64,000 nt of DNA, taken from Chiloscyllium plagiosum. Its lineage: Eukaryota. This document shows positions 12,036-25,668 of the stretch, piece after piece. The notes under the pieces are model-generated. The model was not told the origin of the DNA and did no database searches. It saw only the letters and a list, made by a program, of their open reading frames with translations. The translations under genes and the position numbers were made by a program. Within the stretch, counting starts at the first letter, position 1. Every line of letters begins with the position of its first letter. Where the stretch lies: the NCBI RefSeq assembly GCF_004010195.1, contig NC_057718.1, positions 91,854,298 to 91,918,297 on the forward strand, written 5' to 3'.

Positions 12036-12855
12036 CTTTCCAAACTTTATATGCATCTTGTTGATAAAGGAGGTCTTTTAGGTTTACTGGTTTAATACTT
12101 CTGCTCTGTATACAATACCAACTTTTTAAATAAAATCTTGGGACAGCACGCCATTATCTTACATGCAAATGTTTGCAACATTAAAATACACAAAACTCAT
12201 AAATGAAATATATATTGATATGCAAAAAGTCCCATGGCTTGAACACATTTTTGTTTTCAGACAATAGACTCTGACATATAAAGGTTCATAAAAAGTTGTT
12301 GAGAAAACAATGGAGTAAGCTATATTTGTTTTTGAAATAGCTTGTACATTATTCAACCATCTTCAATTGTTTGATCCAGTACATGTAGGCCAAAATATAC
12401 ATTCAAAAGAAATCAGCACTTTTCTAAATATTTCACCAAATGGGTTCTGAGGAAAATGAAGTCAAAGAAATAGCAGACTTTGCACTGGAGATTGATATTT
12501 CCATCCCTTGCAAAGGGCAGATGACTCCTTGCATTTCAACAATGACCCAAGTTCATAAAGTTTGTTGCCAGGAAATTGATGCGAAATTTAATTCCGTTGT
12601 ATAGCACATTACCCCAGCCCCCTGGTAAATCCAACCTAGGAATGACTAATGTTTTATAGTCTTTAGCTAGGAATTTTATTCTTCCAAGGCACGCACTTTC
12701 GATATTTTATGCTGTTGTGATCCCTTAATGCAATCACATCATTTTCACTTTTAGCATCATGTTAATTATAAGTGACATTCAAAAAATCCTACTTTCCCGC
12801 ACAAAAGAAAATCTTAAATGCTGGTGCAGAATGTTTTTGTATTTCTTCACAATAC

Positions 12856-12999
12856 CTTGCATCAGGTCTGAATGCAGTTGTTCAGCAATGTCAGGGGTAC
12901 TGCTGCTGTGGGTGAGCTTTTGTTCTTGATTTAATGTTGAACTAGACATCAATTCTTCTGCGTCTGGTGTAGTTTCAGATTGTTGGAATTCTTCATCTT
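12856..12999 (-). CDS. RALGAPA2: RALGAPA2 exon, EDEEFQQSETTPDAEELMSSSTLNQEQKLTHSSSTPDIAEQLHSDLMQ(G)
   Basis: TAG acceptor, GT donor; 144 nt, phase 1->1; SSSTPDI matches recalled SSSTSDI. Confidence 0.92.
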
Positions 13000-14741
13000 C
13001 TATACGCACATAATAAAATGTGGATAAGTGAAAGCAGAGCTTTTTTTTCTCAAAAATGCTCTTCACAAAAACATTTTGAATTGATATAAAATCTTAGCTC
13101 CTACAAAGCAAAACAACTTCTCATTTCCTTTTTAAATTTCAGACATTTTTGAGGGCATGTCTATTCAAATTCACTGACTAACCTTGTTAAAGCCAATCGG
13201 TACATATCAATGCACCAAATACAATGTCTCAATTTCTTGCATGACAAGGAATTTGTAATGCAATGCAACAAAATATACAAATTGGATTCTATCCTGTGAT
13301 TGCAGGTTTGCTGAAGAAGTGAAAGTGAATCCTAATTCCATTTCCAATCCAAAGCAAAACTTCAAGCCAAACATCCTTGCTTTGAAAAATTAAGCACCAT
13401 GCACAATCTTCACCCCATTGTAACAATACTCAACCAACATGATAATGTTTTGTTTAAAAACAGCAGGAACTCTAAGCTGTATTGGGTTTTTTTTTTAATG
13501 GAGTGCTGTCTTACCAGATTAATGAAATAAAACTAAACACATATAGAAAAATTGCAATCCAAAACACCAGTCCAAAATAAGCTTTATATTAGTGGGTAAC
13601 TTTATGAAAGAAACTATATCATCACACTGCAATTAGGTTTATAAAACATGTTCACATTGCCCTGTGAGAACAACGATTTCAGGTTTCTTTTCATTTTTGT
13701 ATAATGCACATTTGAAGATTCAGTCCATTTCCTAAGGCAATGCCCACTAAATGTAAACTACTGAACTATTTTTGTAAAAGTTTTTGCATATAACACGTAT
13801 CTGATGCATGGACCACAATCATTTTAAAATAGTGCATTTTATGTGTAAAAGTTTTACCCTATAGTAATTATTAAAAATATACTAAAGAGACATGTGGACT
13901 GAGCATTCTTGAACCATCTGGTATTTGTAATCAACAGTTTTCTAACAAGATTAGCTACGTTTAGACTTTAAGCAATGACAAAATGCAACAGAACCTCTGA
14001 TTAAAAAATAAATATTTAAGATTTTTAAAAAATAAAAATTGAATATTAATAAGATTGAATAAAATTACAGAAATACAACTGTGAGCTTAACAGCTATTAA
14101 CATCGAAAAGCTTATAAATCAATTGACAGCAAAGGATTTCCAATCACCGTTTGACAAAAATAAATGGGCCATAACAATTACTGATGTGCAACAACTATCC
14201 ACAGAAGAAAGCCAATTTGTCCAAAAGCAAGATTTCTTAATTCTTTGAGCTAAATTCATTCTCATCTGTAGATGGTGCTTGGGCCTCAATTAATACAATT
14301 TAAGTATCAAACAGGAACCAATTTCATTGTTACTGCTAACGTTCTCTCTCCTGTTAGTTTTGAAGACTCTGAAAAAAGTGTATAACTAAAAGGAATTAGT
14401 CAAAAACAATAGAAGAGCAAATTTTAGCCTTGAAAACACAAGAATGGATTTATTAATAACGGTTTTTCCCTCAGAAAGTATAAGAAATATATGTTTGTCC
14501 TGTGCATTTGTTTATTATAAAGATTAAAATGTCACTGAGGATATTAATTATTAACATTGACCCAAGAGCAGTGTAGCGACATTCAAAAATTATAAATTGG
14601 GTATTGACTAAATATACATTACACACATTTCAGTGAACATTCATCAGTACGCAATACTATAAATGCTAGGTGGAAAGAAACTAAGAATAGAGTGAAGAAA
14701 TTAAGAGATAGTATGAAGAAATACAGCTTTGAGTACAATAC

Positions 14742-14882
14742 CTGACAGTTTCTGAGAAGAGGAGGCATGAGTGATACCAGGTAAGAGAGAGGTCACAGTG
14801 TGAAGCAGCAGAGGCACACTTTTAGTGCTTGGCAAAGCCTCATAAAGATGTACACAGTTGCTGATAGATTGGCTTCGCTTAG
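14742..14882 (-). CDS. RALGAPA2: RALGAPA2 cassette exon, AKRSQSISNCVHLYEALPSTKSVPLLLHTVTSLLPGITHASSSQKLS
   Basis: AG/GT flanks; 141 nt symmetric phase 1->1; resembles a recalled alternative RALGAPA2 exon. Confidence 0.85.
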
Positions 14883-15854
14883 CTTCCAAAGAAATAAAGC
14901 AAGCAAAGAAAATTACAATTGATAAATATATGCATATATTATAAATATATTTTTTATAAAAGCCAAGGATATCACTGTCCTGTTACTGTTCAGCTTCATC
15001 TCCCTACTGATTGTATATCAGTCATTTTAAAAATGCTTACGAATTGAAAATCTATAACACGTGCAGGTGGCACAAGATCAAATACCGTATTTCTTATAAT
15101 GCAGAAAATCTCCTCGTCTGGTTCAGTCCCAGGACGATACACATCAAAGAATGCATTTGTAGGTTTGTGCAGTTTTAACACACTTTGAGGCATGTAAGTA
15201 GACAGGATCAAACAGAGAATTTTGAGTATATATAGTGACATTAAATGAACATCCCAACTTGTTTTACAACTGTTATCAAATAAAAATCTGATACAAGTCA
15301 CAAGAAGAAATTAGTGCAAATGGCTAAATAAAAGTTTTAAGCAGCAAACAAAGGAGGAGAGATGGAAAAGCACGTTTAGCGAGGGAATTCTAGCATTTAA
15401 GACCATGGCAGCTGAAGGTACTATCAGCAGGAGATAGGTAAGCTGAACTTGATGCATTTTAAGATGTAACCACCAGAGATTTGAATGGCTTCAAGTTTAG
15501 AAAAGGTAAAAAAAAAAAATCAGGAAAGTGTCCAGGAATGCCTTCAAATAATCAAGTCCAGAGGTAACAAAAGTCAGTGTACAGTTTTCAGCAGCATATA
15601 AGCTAAGGAAATGGCAGAGATAAGTGATGCAACAGAGACAGAATTACATGCTTAGTGATGGAGGAGATATGTTGTAGGAAGCCCATGTAAGGTGGTGTCA
15701 AAATCAAGGTTCATTGCTTAAGACATTGTGTTATCACATTGGTCAGCCATCAGACTTAAGTTTACTACTGGCTGTCCAAAGAAAACTAACCTAATGTTGT
15801 AAATGAAACCATAAATTTCTAACAGTCATGGCCATGGATCATAACCCCAGATCA

Positions 15855-16285
15855 GAAAGGCTGGATAACTTAGGAGTTTTGTCACTGGAGCGCAGGAGGT
15901 TGAGAAGCTTATGGCCTTATTGAAGTTCATAAAATAATGAGGGGTATAGATAGAATTAGAAGTTGTTTCTTCCTTAAGATGGGGAATTTCAAGACGAGAG
16001 GGCACATTTTTAAGATGAGAGGAGGGAGCTTTTAAAAAGGCCTGAGGAACAAATTATTTATTATTTACACAGAGAATGGTTCACATGTGGAATGAACTTC
16101 CTGAGAAAGTGGTGGACATGGGTACAATTACAATGTTTAAAAGGCATTTGGATAAGCACATGAATAGGAAAGGTTTGGAGGGATATGAAACAGCAGCAGA
16201 CAGGTGGGGCTAGTTTAGTTTGGGATTACGTTCAGCATAGACTGGTTGGACCAAAGGGTCTGTTTCCATGTTGTATGACTCCACG
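15855..16285 (+). mobile_element. CR1-type LINE 3' end
   Basis: Same 3' end (gggtctgtttccatgttgtatgactc) as 46676-48982. Confidence 0.8.
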
Positions 16286-16324
16286 AGACATTGACTCCAC
16301 AATTCAGTGAAATCATGGTTAATC

Positions 16325-17005
16325 TGATAATCCTTAACTCCTATCTTTCCCCATAATCCTTGATTCCTTTACTGATTAAACATCTGTCTATGTAATCCTG
16401 GATTACAGTTTACAACCTACCCCAAACAGCCCTCTATTGGTAAATAATTCCACAGATTTATTACCTGTAGTTCTTTTATCTCTGTTTTAAGTAAACCTTA
16501 CCTTGAGATTATGACCTCTGGTCCTAGCTTCTCCCACAACAGGAAACCACATCTTAGTGTATACGCTGTCAAGACTTCAAAAAGATCTTACATATTTCAA
16601 AACAGTAAATCACATTCTTGTAAACTCTAACAAGAAGCAGCTCAACGTCGCTTCATGAAATATTTCGACACCTAGAATCCACGTCGTGAGCATTCGCTGG
16701 ACTACCTTCAATGCCAGCATATCTTTTCTTTGATAAAGGGACCAAAATTGCATTCTAAGTGTGCCTCATTTTACTCCATTCCCTTTGGGAAAAAAAGGGC
16801 AACATTCCATTCATCTTCTCTATTACTTGCTGAATTAGCCTTTGGGATTTATGCACAAGGTCCCCCTTAATCCATCTGTGGTGCAGCTTCCTAGTCTTTC
16901 TCCATTTAAGTAATATTCAGTTCCTCTACTGTTTCTGACAAAGTGCATTAGCTCAGATTTTCCCACATTATGTACCATCTACCAAATGTTTGGTCACTTA
17001 ATTAA
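16325..17005 (-). mobile_element. Degenerate CR1-type LINE fragment
   Basis: Collinear similarity to 47586-48921; boundaries approximate. Confidence 0.65.
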
Positions 17006-17039
17006 CCTACAGGGAGGTTCCATAGAAAGAAACACAAAC

Positions 17040-17972
17040 CTTGTCCCTTGGAGTATCTCAGACTATAAACACGATGAAAGAAAAGACAACAGTCTGGGCA
17101 ACAGACATTTTTGCATTTTCCCCTTTCAAGCATTCACAAGGACAAAGATTAAACAAGAGTTTGAATCCTGGCCTGTGCATCCTAGGAGGTGCTAATGAGC
17201 ACGGTAACAGGCCAAGGTCTATGTGCATGCTAGAACACTGAGTTGAATGCATGCATACGTGTGCATTGAGGTGCTTGTGCGCACTTGCCTGGGTTTAGGT
17301 GCAAGAGTGCTGCGAGTCTCAGTCAAGAAAAACCCATCAGCGAATCACCCCTGTAATATAGGAAGATCATACTCTGTGCGAGAAGTCAGTTCAGAAGGAA
17401 ACAGGACACAAGAATTTCATGGAACTCAGAAATCCAAAATTATTGAAAGCAAGTGCTCAACTCTCAAAGTTCTGCTCTCAAATATAACAGACTTATCTGC
17501 ATACCTTTCAACTTTTAATTTTAAAAAAATTCTCATCTGCAAACAAATTATCACCGTAACTCACTAGCACACACTTGACGTTTAACCACCTCAGCCCGCA
17601 AAAGCTCAGACAGAATTCAAACACTTAATCCCTAGGTATTCTTGAAAGGCGAAAACACAAACTTATCTCTTGCTGAGACCGTATGTGTGTTATTATTTCG
17701 TTACATTTATTAACTAAAGAGAAAATGTGTTAACTTATGAGGACTTTGATAAATTGGCTGCTTTTAAATAGATTCATCTGGCCTGTGAGAAAGGGGCCAA
17801 GGGGAGAGGATCATTTTTAATTTATGTTGTCACAATCATCCAAGGAAGTGGAGGATTCCAGGTGAATAAAGGTGGTGGGTTTTTTTCACTTTAGCTGGAC
17901 ATCGACAATTTTTAGTATCCTATCTGGAACCATAATAATTTGGGGAATCTCACCTGGGAACTGGTCATAACA
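17040..17972 (+). mobile_element. Possible LTR remnant
   Basis: Ends in gtcataaca like the solo LTRs here; 5' end and TSD not found. Confidence 0.3.
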
Positions 17973-20337
17973 CAACCAAGAGAATCAGCTCAACATCACA
18001 CATCCAATACATTCTTCATTTTTTGCCTAACTAACCAACATTTTGACATTTCACTGTTTATTACCAACATAACTGTATAAAAGTTGTAACTATCAGGAGA
18101 TCAGAAATGACCAGAATGTACACTATATTAAAGTGAAATGTTAGATTTCTTTCTCTCCTTAGTCTTTCATGGGATTCAGGCATCAATGTTAAGGCCAGCA
18201 TTGGTTACACATCCTCATTTGCCCTTAAACAAAGTGGCCATTTCAGAGGGCATTTAAGAATCAACCACATTGTTCGCCTTGGTTAAAGCAAATTGTGGAA
18301 AGTTAATAAATAATCCTGGAATATTTTAAATCAGTGGCTATAATAATAAGCAAATGCAAAAAATCATTTAAGGGGAAATGAAAAACTCAACACTCCACTA
18401 TGATATATAATATTGATGGCATCTATTCAAATAAATTTGTGACACTGATTGTCACAATAACCTAAACACAATCTACACACTGATTACACCTCAAAATATC
18501 TAGCTAGCAAAGTTACTTATACTTTATAAGATATTACAACTATACTTTGTGGTAAAATATTAAAAGTCGGCCATACTCCTAACAAAAGCATTATACTGAA
18601 CTGAAGGTGTGAAGAGATTAAAAATCTCAAAACTTGGCAAGATCATTTTTAGTTAATTATCCATAACTAGCTAAATTCAGAGGAATGTAACAAGTTCAAA
18701 TGACTAATATAGCTTTTGTAATGGAATGTTAGATCTTTTAACCAGAAATTGTACTTTTTGCATTTTCTTCGCCATTTTCTCAATGATGGGGATAAAGAAA
18801 AATTATAGTTGCCATTTGAACTGTGCCAGAAATCTCTCACATAGCAAAACATATTACTGATTCTCACCTCGTGGGAAATCCAATTAGACAAACTATTCAT
18901 CATAAAGGACAGTGGATATAGCAAAAGTCCACTTTATCTCTCTTAAGACACACATGCAGTGTATTTGAAAAGGCACTCATTATTAAAGATGTCCATCTGG
19001 CAAAGCTGTATGCCTTTTGACAACTAATTACATCAAATGACAGTAATAAAAATATCAACACGAAGAATCTTGTTAAAAAGAAGTTTTTAGTCGGTCATTA
19101 TTTATTAAAAAGAACTCAAATGGTTTTACAAATTTGGTCTTAATTGGAAAAAAAGCTAAAGAAATGCAAAAATTATCTAGTGTGAAAACTGAAGGGTTTA
19201 TGAAAAACAAACATGCTAATTACACCAATTTGTTAACTATCAATGGGAATGGATTTGTTTGCCAATAGCTTTGTAGTCCTGTGGAAGCCAGGATTGCACC
19301 TGAGAAAGTGAATATGTACCATCTGCTTGCCCTTTATGTTTAGACTTCACTCTTCAAAAGGAAATTTTAAAAAGTCTACTGTTTCAAGTTCTACAATTAA
19401 TAATAAAAAGATCTCTATGGCTAATAGAGTACACATTTCTCTGTACATTGAACAGCAAACAAAAGGAGGACTTCTATGGATAATTCTGTGTAAGAAATAA
19501 TGACACAACACAGTAGATTGAAAAGAACCTTATGGTCGGTCCACTCTCCTGCAACTAACATAATTTCAAAACCCACGCTATCCAAGTCCAGGTACACTGG
19601 GTGCTTCCACATAGTCTTTTCACTCAGATTCCTTTCAGGCCTGCAATTTAGCAATAACATCCAAATGGACACCAAAAGCTGGGCCTCTTGACAGAAATAG
19701 AGTATAAGCCAAACAACACTTAAGTAGATGTAGCAACACAAGCTATACAACATCATTATATTATGGCAATTAAGGGACGATTATAGAAGCCTAATGAGCA
19801 TGTACTAAACTTCAACGTTCTCCCTTGAATATATATATTTTATTTAAAGTGTTTCAAAAATATCAATTTATGCTTTGTATGGATCAGGTTATTTATCTAT
19901 ATAATTGGAATTCATTCTGCAAATTAATTCCCATCCAGTATAACTAAAAATAGAACTCTAATTATAGTTTATGTTAAACACTTTCAACAGTAAGCTACAA
20001 AGTGAACTTAAAGCAAGAACATCTTGCTGTAGAAGGGCTTACCACATATGGTTCTGCAATTTAAAAATGCCGTTTTGATCATATATTCATCTACATTTCT
20101 GATCAAAATTGTAAATGAGTCACCACTAACTACAAGAAAATGAACTCATGCAGTAATACAAGATGCAAACATAATTAAAAAGAATTACTATTAACATTGA
20201 CTGAAGAATGCAATGTAAAGATCTGAAAGCAATTTACAGAAAAGTAGGAAGTATAAATATGTTCTGTAATATGGTGTGTATGCATGAGGTCACATTTAGA
20301 ATGAACAGAACTATGATGCAGCCCTGTCATACACAAG

Positions 20338-21258
20338 ATTTGGAGATGCCGGTGTTGGACTGGGGCGTACAAAGTTAAAAGTCACACAACACCAGGTTAT
20401 AGTCCAACAGGTTTAATTGGAAGCACGCAGGCTTTCGGAGCGCCGCTCCTTCATCAGATGATTGTAGAGGACACAGAATTTATAGCAAAAATTTACAGTG
20501 CGATGTAACTAAAATTATACATTGAAAAATACCTTGATTGTCTGTTGAGTCTTTCATCTGTTCGAATACCATGATAATTTCATTTCTTTCATGTGTAAAT
20601 CACAAAACCTTTTTTCAAAGTTGCATTCTCAGGTTAGCTGGAAAAACGGGTGTTAGCTAGACAATATATCTAGCTAGACACCTTCAACATATTGTCTAGC
20701 TAACACCCATTCTTACAGCTAACCTGAGAATGCAACTTTTAAAAAAAGGTTTTGTGATTTACACATGAAAGAAATGAAATTATCATGGTATTCGAACAGA
20801 TGAAAGACTCAACAGACAATGAAGGTATTTTTCAATGTATAATTTTAGTTACATCGCACTGTAAATTTTTGCTATAAATTCTGTGCCTTAGAATTGTGTC
20901 CTCTACAATCATCTGATGAAGGAGCGGCGCTCAGAGAACACAGGGGCTAGACACCTTCAACATATTGTCTAGCTAACACCCATTCTTACAGCTAACCTGA
21001 GAATGCAACTTTTAAAAAAAGGTTTTGTGATTTACACATGAAAGAAGTGAAGCTATCATGGTATTCGAAGACTCAACAGACCATCAAGGTATTTTTCAAT
21101 GTATAATTTCAGTTACATCACACTGTAAATTTTTGCTATAAATTCTGTGCCTTACAATTGTGTCCTCCACAATCACCTGAAGGAGCGGCACTCCAAAAGC
21201 TAGTGTGCTTTCAATTAAACGTGTTGGACTATAACCTGGTGTTGTGTGATATTTAACA
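20338..21258. mobile_element. Non-autonomous Penelope-like element: one inverted plus two tandem pseudo-LTR units
   Basis: 14-bp TSD ctgtcatacacaag (20324-37, 21259-72); ~20375-20667 is the reverse complement of units ~20673-20932 and ~20946-21258; each unit has a damaged hammerhead motif. Confidence 0.85.
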
Positions 21259-21460
21259 CTGTCATACACAAGTTGCATGAGAAAATCTGCCTGAGAAAAT
21301 CAGAGGATATGCCCTGTTGGGTGTAGTTGGAATGAAGCCAGAAAATTTATGTTTCATTAATATAGACTAATCAAAATGATGTAGTAGAAGAGAGAAAAGT
21401 AGCAGGAAAATGAAGAAATACAAATTCAGGACAGTGAGCAACATTACTGTCACAAAGTTT

Positions 21461-21787
21461 GGCAGCACGGTGGCACAGTGGTTAGCACTGCTGCCTCACA
21501 GCACCAGAGACCTGGGTTCAATTCCTGCCTCAGGCGACTGTCTGTGTGGAGTTTGCACATTCTCCCCTTGTCTGTGTGGGTTTCCTCCGGGTGCTCCGGT
21601 TTCCTCCCACAGTTCAAAAATGTGCAGGTTAGGTGAATTGGCCATGCGAAATTGCCCATAGTGTTAGGTAAAGGGAGGGGTAAATGTAGGGGAATGGGTC
21701 TGGGTCGGTGGTGGGTCGGTGGGGACTTGTTGGGCTGAAGGGCCTGTTTCCACACTGTAAATAAGTAATCTAAGTAAGTAAGTAAGT
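21461..21787 (+). mobile_element. HE1-like tRNA-derived SINE
   Basis: A box TGGCACAGTGG, B box GGTTCAATTCC, (TAAG)n tail, TSD aaagttt. Confidence 0.9.
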
Positions 21788-22347
21788 AAAGTTTAATAAT
21801 CTTTGAGAAGCTGGTCGAAAGTGATGGGAAGCATTTTATGTATCTCTATAGTAATAATGCATTACAAGAGGGAAGACAACAGATCTAAAGGTAATTTACA
21901 AAGTCAAGGATGTTAAGTAAAAGCTCTTGCAAGAAAAAGATGACGACAATGATTTTGAGGGTACTGGAAGCAAAACATCCTAGTGACAGGTTGACAATAT
22001 GATTAAGGGTTGGTCAATTCTGGGGAGTTCAGGAATAATGAACTAGGTTAGAAAGCAATAAAGGGATGAAGTGGTGGTTTAACGGAGAAAGAGCAAACTG
22101 CACTATGATAGAAGCAGTAGAAGCTAACAAAGTGGGCAGGAAAGTGGTAAGGAAAGGGCCAGTTAAAGGACTTGAAAAAAATTCTGAAAACAAACCAAAC
22201 ATTCAACATCCAGTTACTTGATAATTCTCAAAAAATTTAAAATACCCTATAAAAACAGGCAGAACAATACTTCAAACTGGAGAAATACTTGGCTTCAATC
22301 AAAAAATTATGTAGTTCATGAACAAATTCGGTCTTCAGTGAGCTTAC

Positions 22348-22515
22348 CTGTTGCTTTCTGACGAACAATATTTCTGGCCTTTTCAACTCCAGGGGCACCA
22401 GAGGTAGTTGCACTTCTAAATCGCATATGCTCTTGTGTGCCATCAGTCTGACTCCTCCAACTCAGAGAAAAGGACCTACCTACTGCATTTACTTTACTAA
22501 GATCTTGATGTACAC
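22348..22515 (-). CDS. RALGAPA2: RALGAPA2 exon, [55 protein letters not shown]
   Basis: AG acceptor, GTAAGC donor; 168 nt, phase 1->1; carries the RFRSAT Akt-type motif (22406-22423). Confidence 0.95.
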
Positions 22516-22995
22516 CTTAAAAGTTAATGATGCATAAATAGGTGTTTAGTCCCACATATTGTTAATTTGTCAACATCTTATTGTTAAATAATACATACAG
22601 CATTCCTACACAAGAACTGAGATCACAGAGTTCACAAACGGCTGATAATACATTGAAATGTGAATTTTGGATATTCTTAAAATTAATAAGATAATTTATA
22701 ATCAATTGTATTCGACATACAAGTACACTTTTTCACCTCCATTTTCTACTACGTTTTGAATTGGCTGGATGTGCAGAAGCAAATACAGCAAATGTCAATC
22801 TTCTATGATATGCTGTCAGACACTTTGTCCCCTCCATCATTATTCAGAAACATCAGAATATACTTCCATTCTGACAACACACTGATAACAGGATTAGTAT
22901 ACCTGACCAGACTGATGTTGACATCTGGGCCATATTCCCTCTAATTCTTAAAATCACAGCCCTCCAAACAATTTTAGTTGTCGAAATTTTGTTAC

Positions 22996-23233
22996 CTCTT
23001 CCTCTTTGTTTCTTTTCCTTTTGCTCACTTAGCTTGTCCAGTGGTAAATCATTCATATCCAGGCTGTACACACATCTTGCCAACACCACAGTGAGAGAAT
23101 CCATAATTTTTGCCCATTCAGTAATCAGTTCATTCCAGGTAGTGAGTGAAGAAAGCACAGACAGGAGCTCATCCCATAGTTCCCGTGAGATGTACACACT
23201 TAAATTAGCCCGAATCCAGGCAACAATGAGAGT
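22996..23233 (-). CDS. RALGAPA2: RALGAPA2 exon, [31 protein letters not shown]...[17 protein letters not shown](G)
   Basis: TGCAG acceptor, GTAAC donor; 238 nt, phase 0->1; IRAN, IMDSLT and KEKKQRG fit alpha-2 rather than alpha-1 (recalled IKAN, TMETLT, KQKKHKG). Confidence 0.96.
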
Positions 23234-25668
23234 CTGCAGAAAGAAAAAATAAAGATTTATGATGCTGTAATGAAATCTTTTTAAGTTTGAGTACAAATCC
23301 ACACAAATAAAGCAAAAAATATATACAATATCAAAAGCCTTTATTTTAACCGTGATTGCACATCGGCAAAATAAAGCATAGTAACCCAATCACGATAAAC
23401 TGTCGCAGCACAAATCGCAACTCTATGTTAAAAACCTTGACGTCTAAGCAGCACAAATAACAAACTGTAACAATTCACTCTTAATTTACTTCTTTAAATA
23501 ATGTTTTGAAGTGTGATGCTTGTTATTCAATTTCATGTCAAATATTTACACTTTGATTGAACAAAAATTGAGACAATTAAGCTCTAAATTTCATGTTCTC
23601 ATTGCCATGTTACAAGCAATTAAATCACTTCAAATCTAAACTGGGTCAACACTTTCAGGTGTTGTCATTATACTTGCGTTTGTCGTAAATTCTTGGGTAT
23701 GCGTATATCAGTCGTATAAACTAATCATATAAATTGGTTCTTAATGACATTATTTTATGCAATGAAGATGTGTGACCTCTCTAACTCAGCACTGCATTTT
23801 CTTCCTTGACATTCACGACTGCTTGGATCATTATTACTTTAATATGCTAGTCTCAGCAAAGCTCATGATTCCTTTTTAAGAAGGCTAATATAAATGGACC
23901 ACTGCTCCATTATCCCCACGTAGCCTTTTTCTGTAAGTTTTCCAAAAAAACAAACAATATTAGAAAATATTGTTCCAGTTGTACCCAATAAAGACAAGCT
24001 GAATAACCTACTTACTTCATTTCACCAATAATCTCATTATTCCACACAATTCCCACTTCCTCAACCCCAACATCCAATTCACCTCACATTTATTTTGCAA
24101 AAAAAAAACTGAATTGTGAAATTCAAAATGATGGCAATTGAATTGAATTTCACCCATCCCAGTTGCATCTCTCTCTCTCTGAGACCCTGTTGCTTATTTT
24201 TATTTATTTGTTTTGTTTTAAAGCATAACTTGCCTTTGGATAAAGATAAATCAACTGAATAACTTAAAGCAGAAGATTTTAAAAAATTAAGAAGATAGTG
24301 CAAAGATTTTGTGGAATTGCAAATATGGAATATGGTACAAACGCATCCAAAGCTATGAAGAAAATTCCAACAAACGTCAGCATTCATGATCATTGTTGAG
24401 ATTTCTAGGCAACCCTGGAATGCTTCGAATCAGTTTAAACAAAAACAATATTAAAAACTACAATAATAAAATGAACTTAACAAAATGGCAAAAACGGCAC
24501 ACAGCAAAAGATTAAAATTTGCAGTTTAGAACACTAGAATTCTTCAGAGAAAATCTTACGCCCTGTGCATTTTGCTCTCCCCATCACTTGATGTTTGCTG
24601 CTCTATGGTTAAATTCAGACAGACTGTCATTACATCACAGCTTGTACACAGCAGGAGAGCTGTGAAACCACATACTGGAGGGAAGATCCACACTTTTGAC
24701 TCACTGCCTTGTGTGTTGAAAAGAAGCAAAAAATGCCCAGAGTGAAGAGAGAAATGGCAGAAAAGCAGTAGTCTTTATTGAATGCTAACAAAAATGGCTT
24801 TTGGGCCAGAAGTTAGTTTAGTTCTTGAAGATCAAATACCTTCAAAGGATGTTAACTACAATGTTATGATGCCAGCTGATGGTAATATTGGACTAGTCTG
24901 GTCTAAAAATGAAACCTGGCATGATGGATTAAAAGTTTTATTTTTATTGTTTCGTTACTGGTGGCGATCAGTCATTGGTATCTTTGTGCAAAATATGGGC
25001 AAAGTTCGTTTAACAAAAGAACAAGTTTTAAAAAATGATAAAATAGAGCTATGTTAAATAAAAGTTCAGAAAAAAATTAACAAAAAACAGCAAAAAGAAA
25101 ACCTGAATCCCTTCCGCAGCAATTTCCTTTACAAACACTTCACCCCAGTGAAGTAACAATTCTATTTTAATTGTTTAATTTCTGACTTAATTGACAAGGT
25201 TGCAAATATTCCCCTTCAGGTACTTTCTATACATTCACCAGATATGATCGTCTCCATGAGAAACAAAGTCACTGGCTACCTCACTTACTGTTCTAACAGA
25301 ACTTGAAGAAAAGCCCTGTGTAACACTTAAAACAGTTAAGAACTTTTTTCCACCCAGCTATGAAAGCTCAGACTGTCACAAACCCCTCACACCTCCAACA
25401 CTCCAATGTCTTTCTGTATGCTGCAAAATGTCAACTTGGTAAAGAATTCATCAATTAACTCCCCAGGTAATGTACCTAGTCATTTATTATATAAGTGATG
25501 CTTTTTTTTTTAGAAATTATGGTTGAAAATATTCAAAATGACTTTCTGATCGCTTAAAAGAAACAAGTTACCTTCACGGACTTAAAACCAAAAAACCTAC
25601 TTATCTCAACTATAAAATCCAAATTTCTAAATGATAGTATAAACTTTTATCACAATATACTTGGTAGT

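Noticed and set aside
14996..15301. 101-aa minus-strand ORF upstream of the cassette exon
   Set aside because: No recognisable homology or splice pair; treated as intronic
21410..21755. Recurrent ORFs such as CGRKPEHPEETH / VAQWLALLPHS (also at 28917, 40444, 55777, 62029)
   Set aside because: Chance frames within SINE copies; the heads are tRNA-derived but not tRNA genes
24559..24659. Possible cryptic exon between an AG and GTAAGA
   Set aside because: In-frame stop and no homology; could be a conserved noncoding element, but that cannot be shown from this sequence alone
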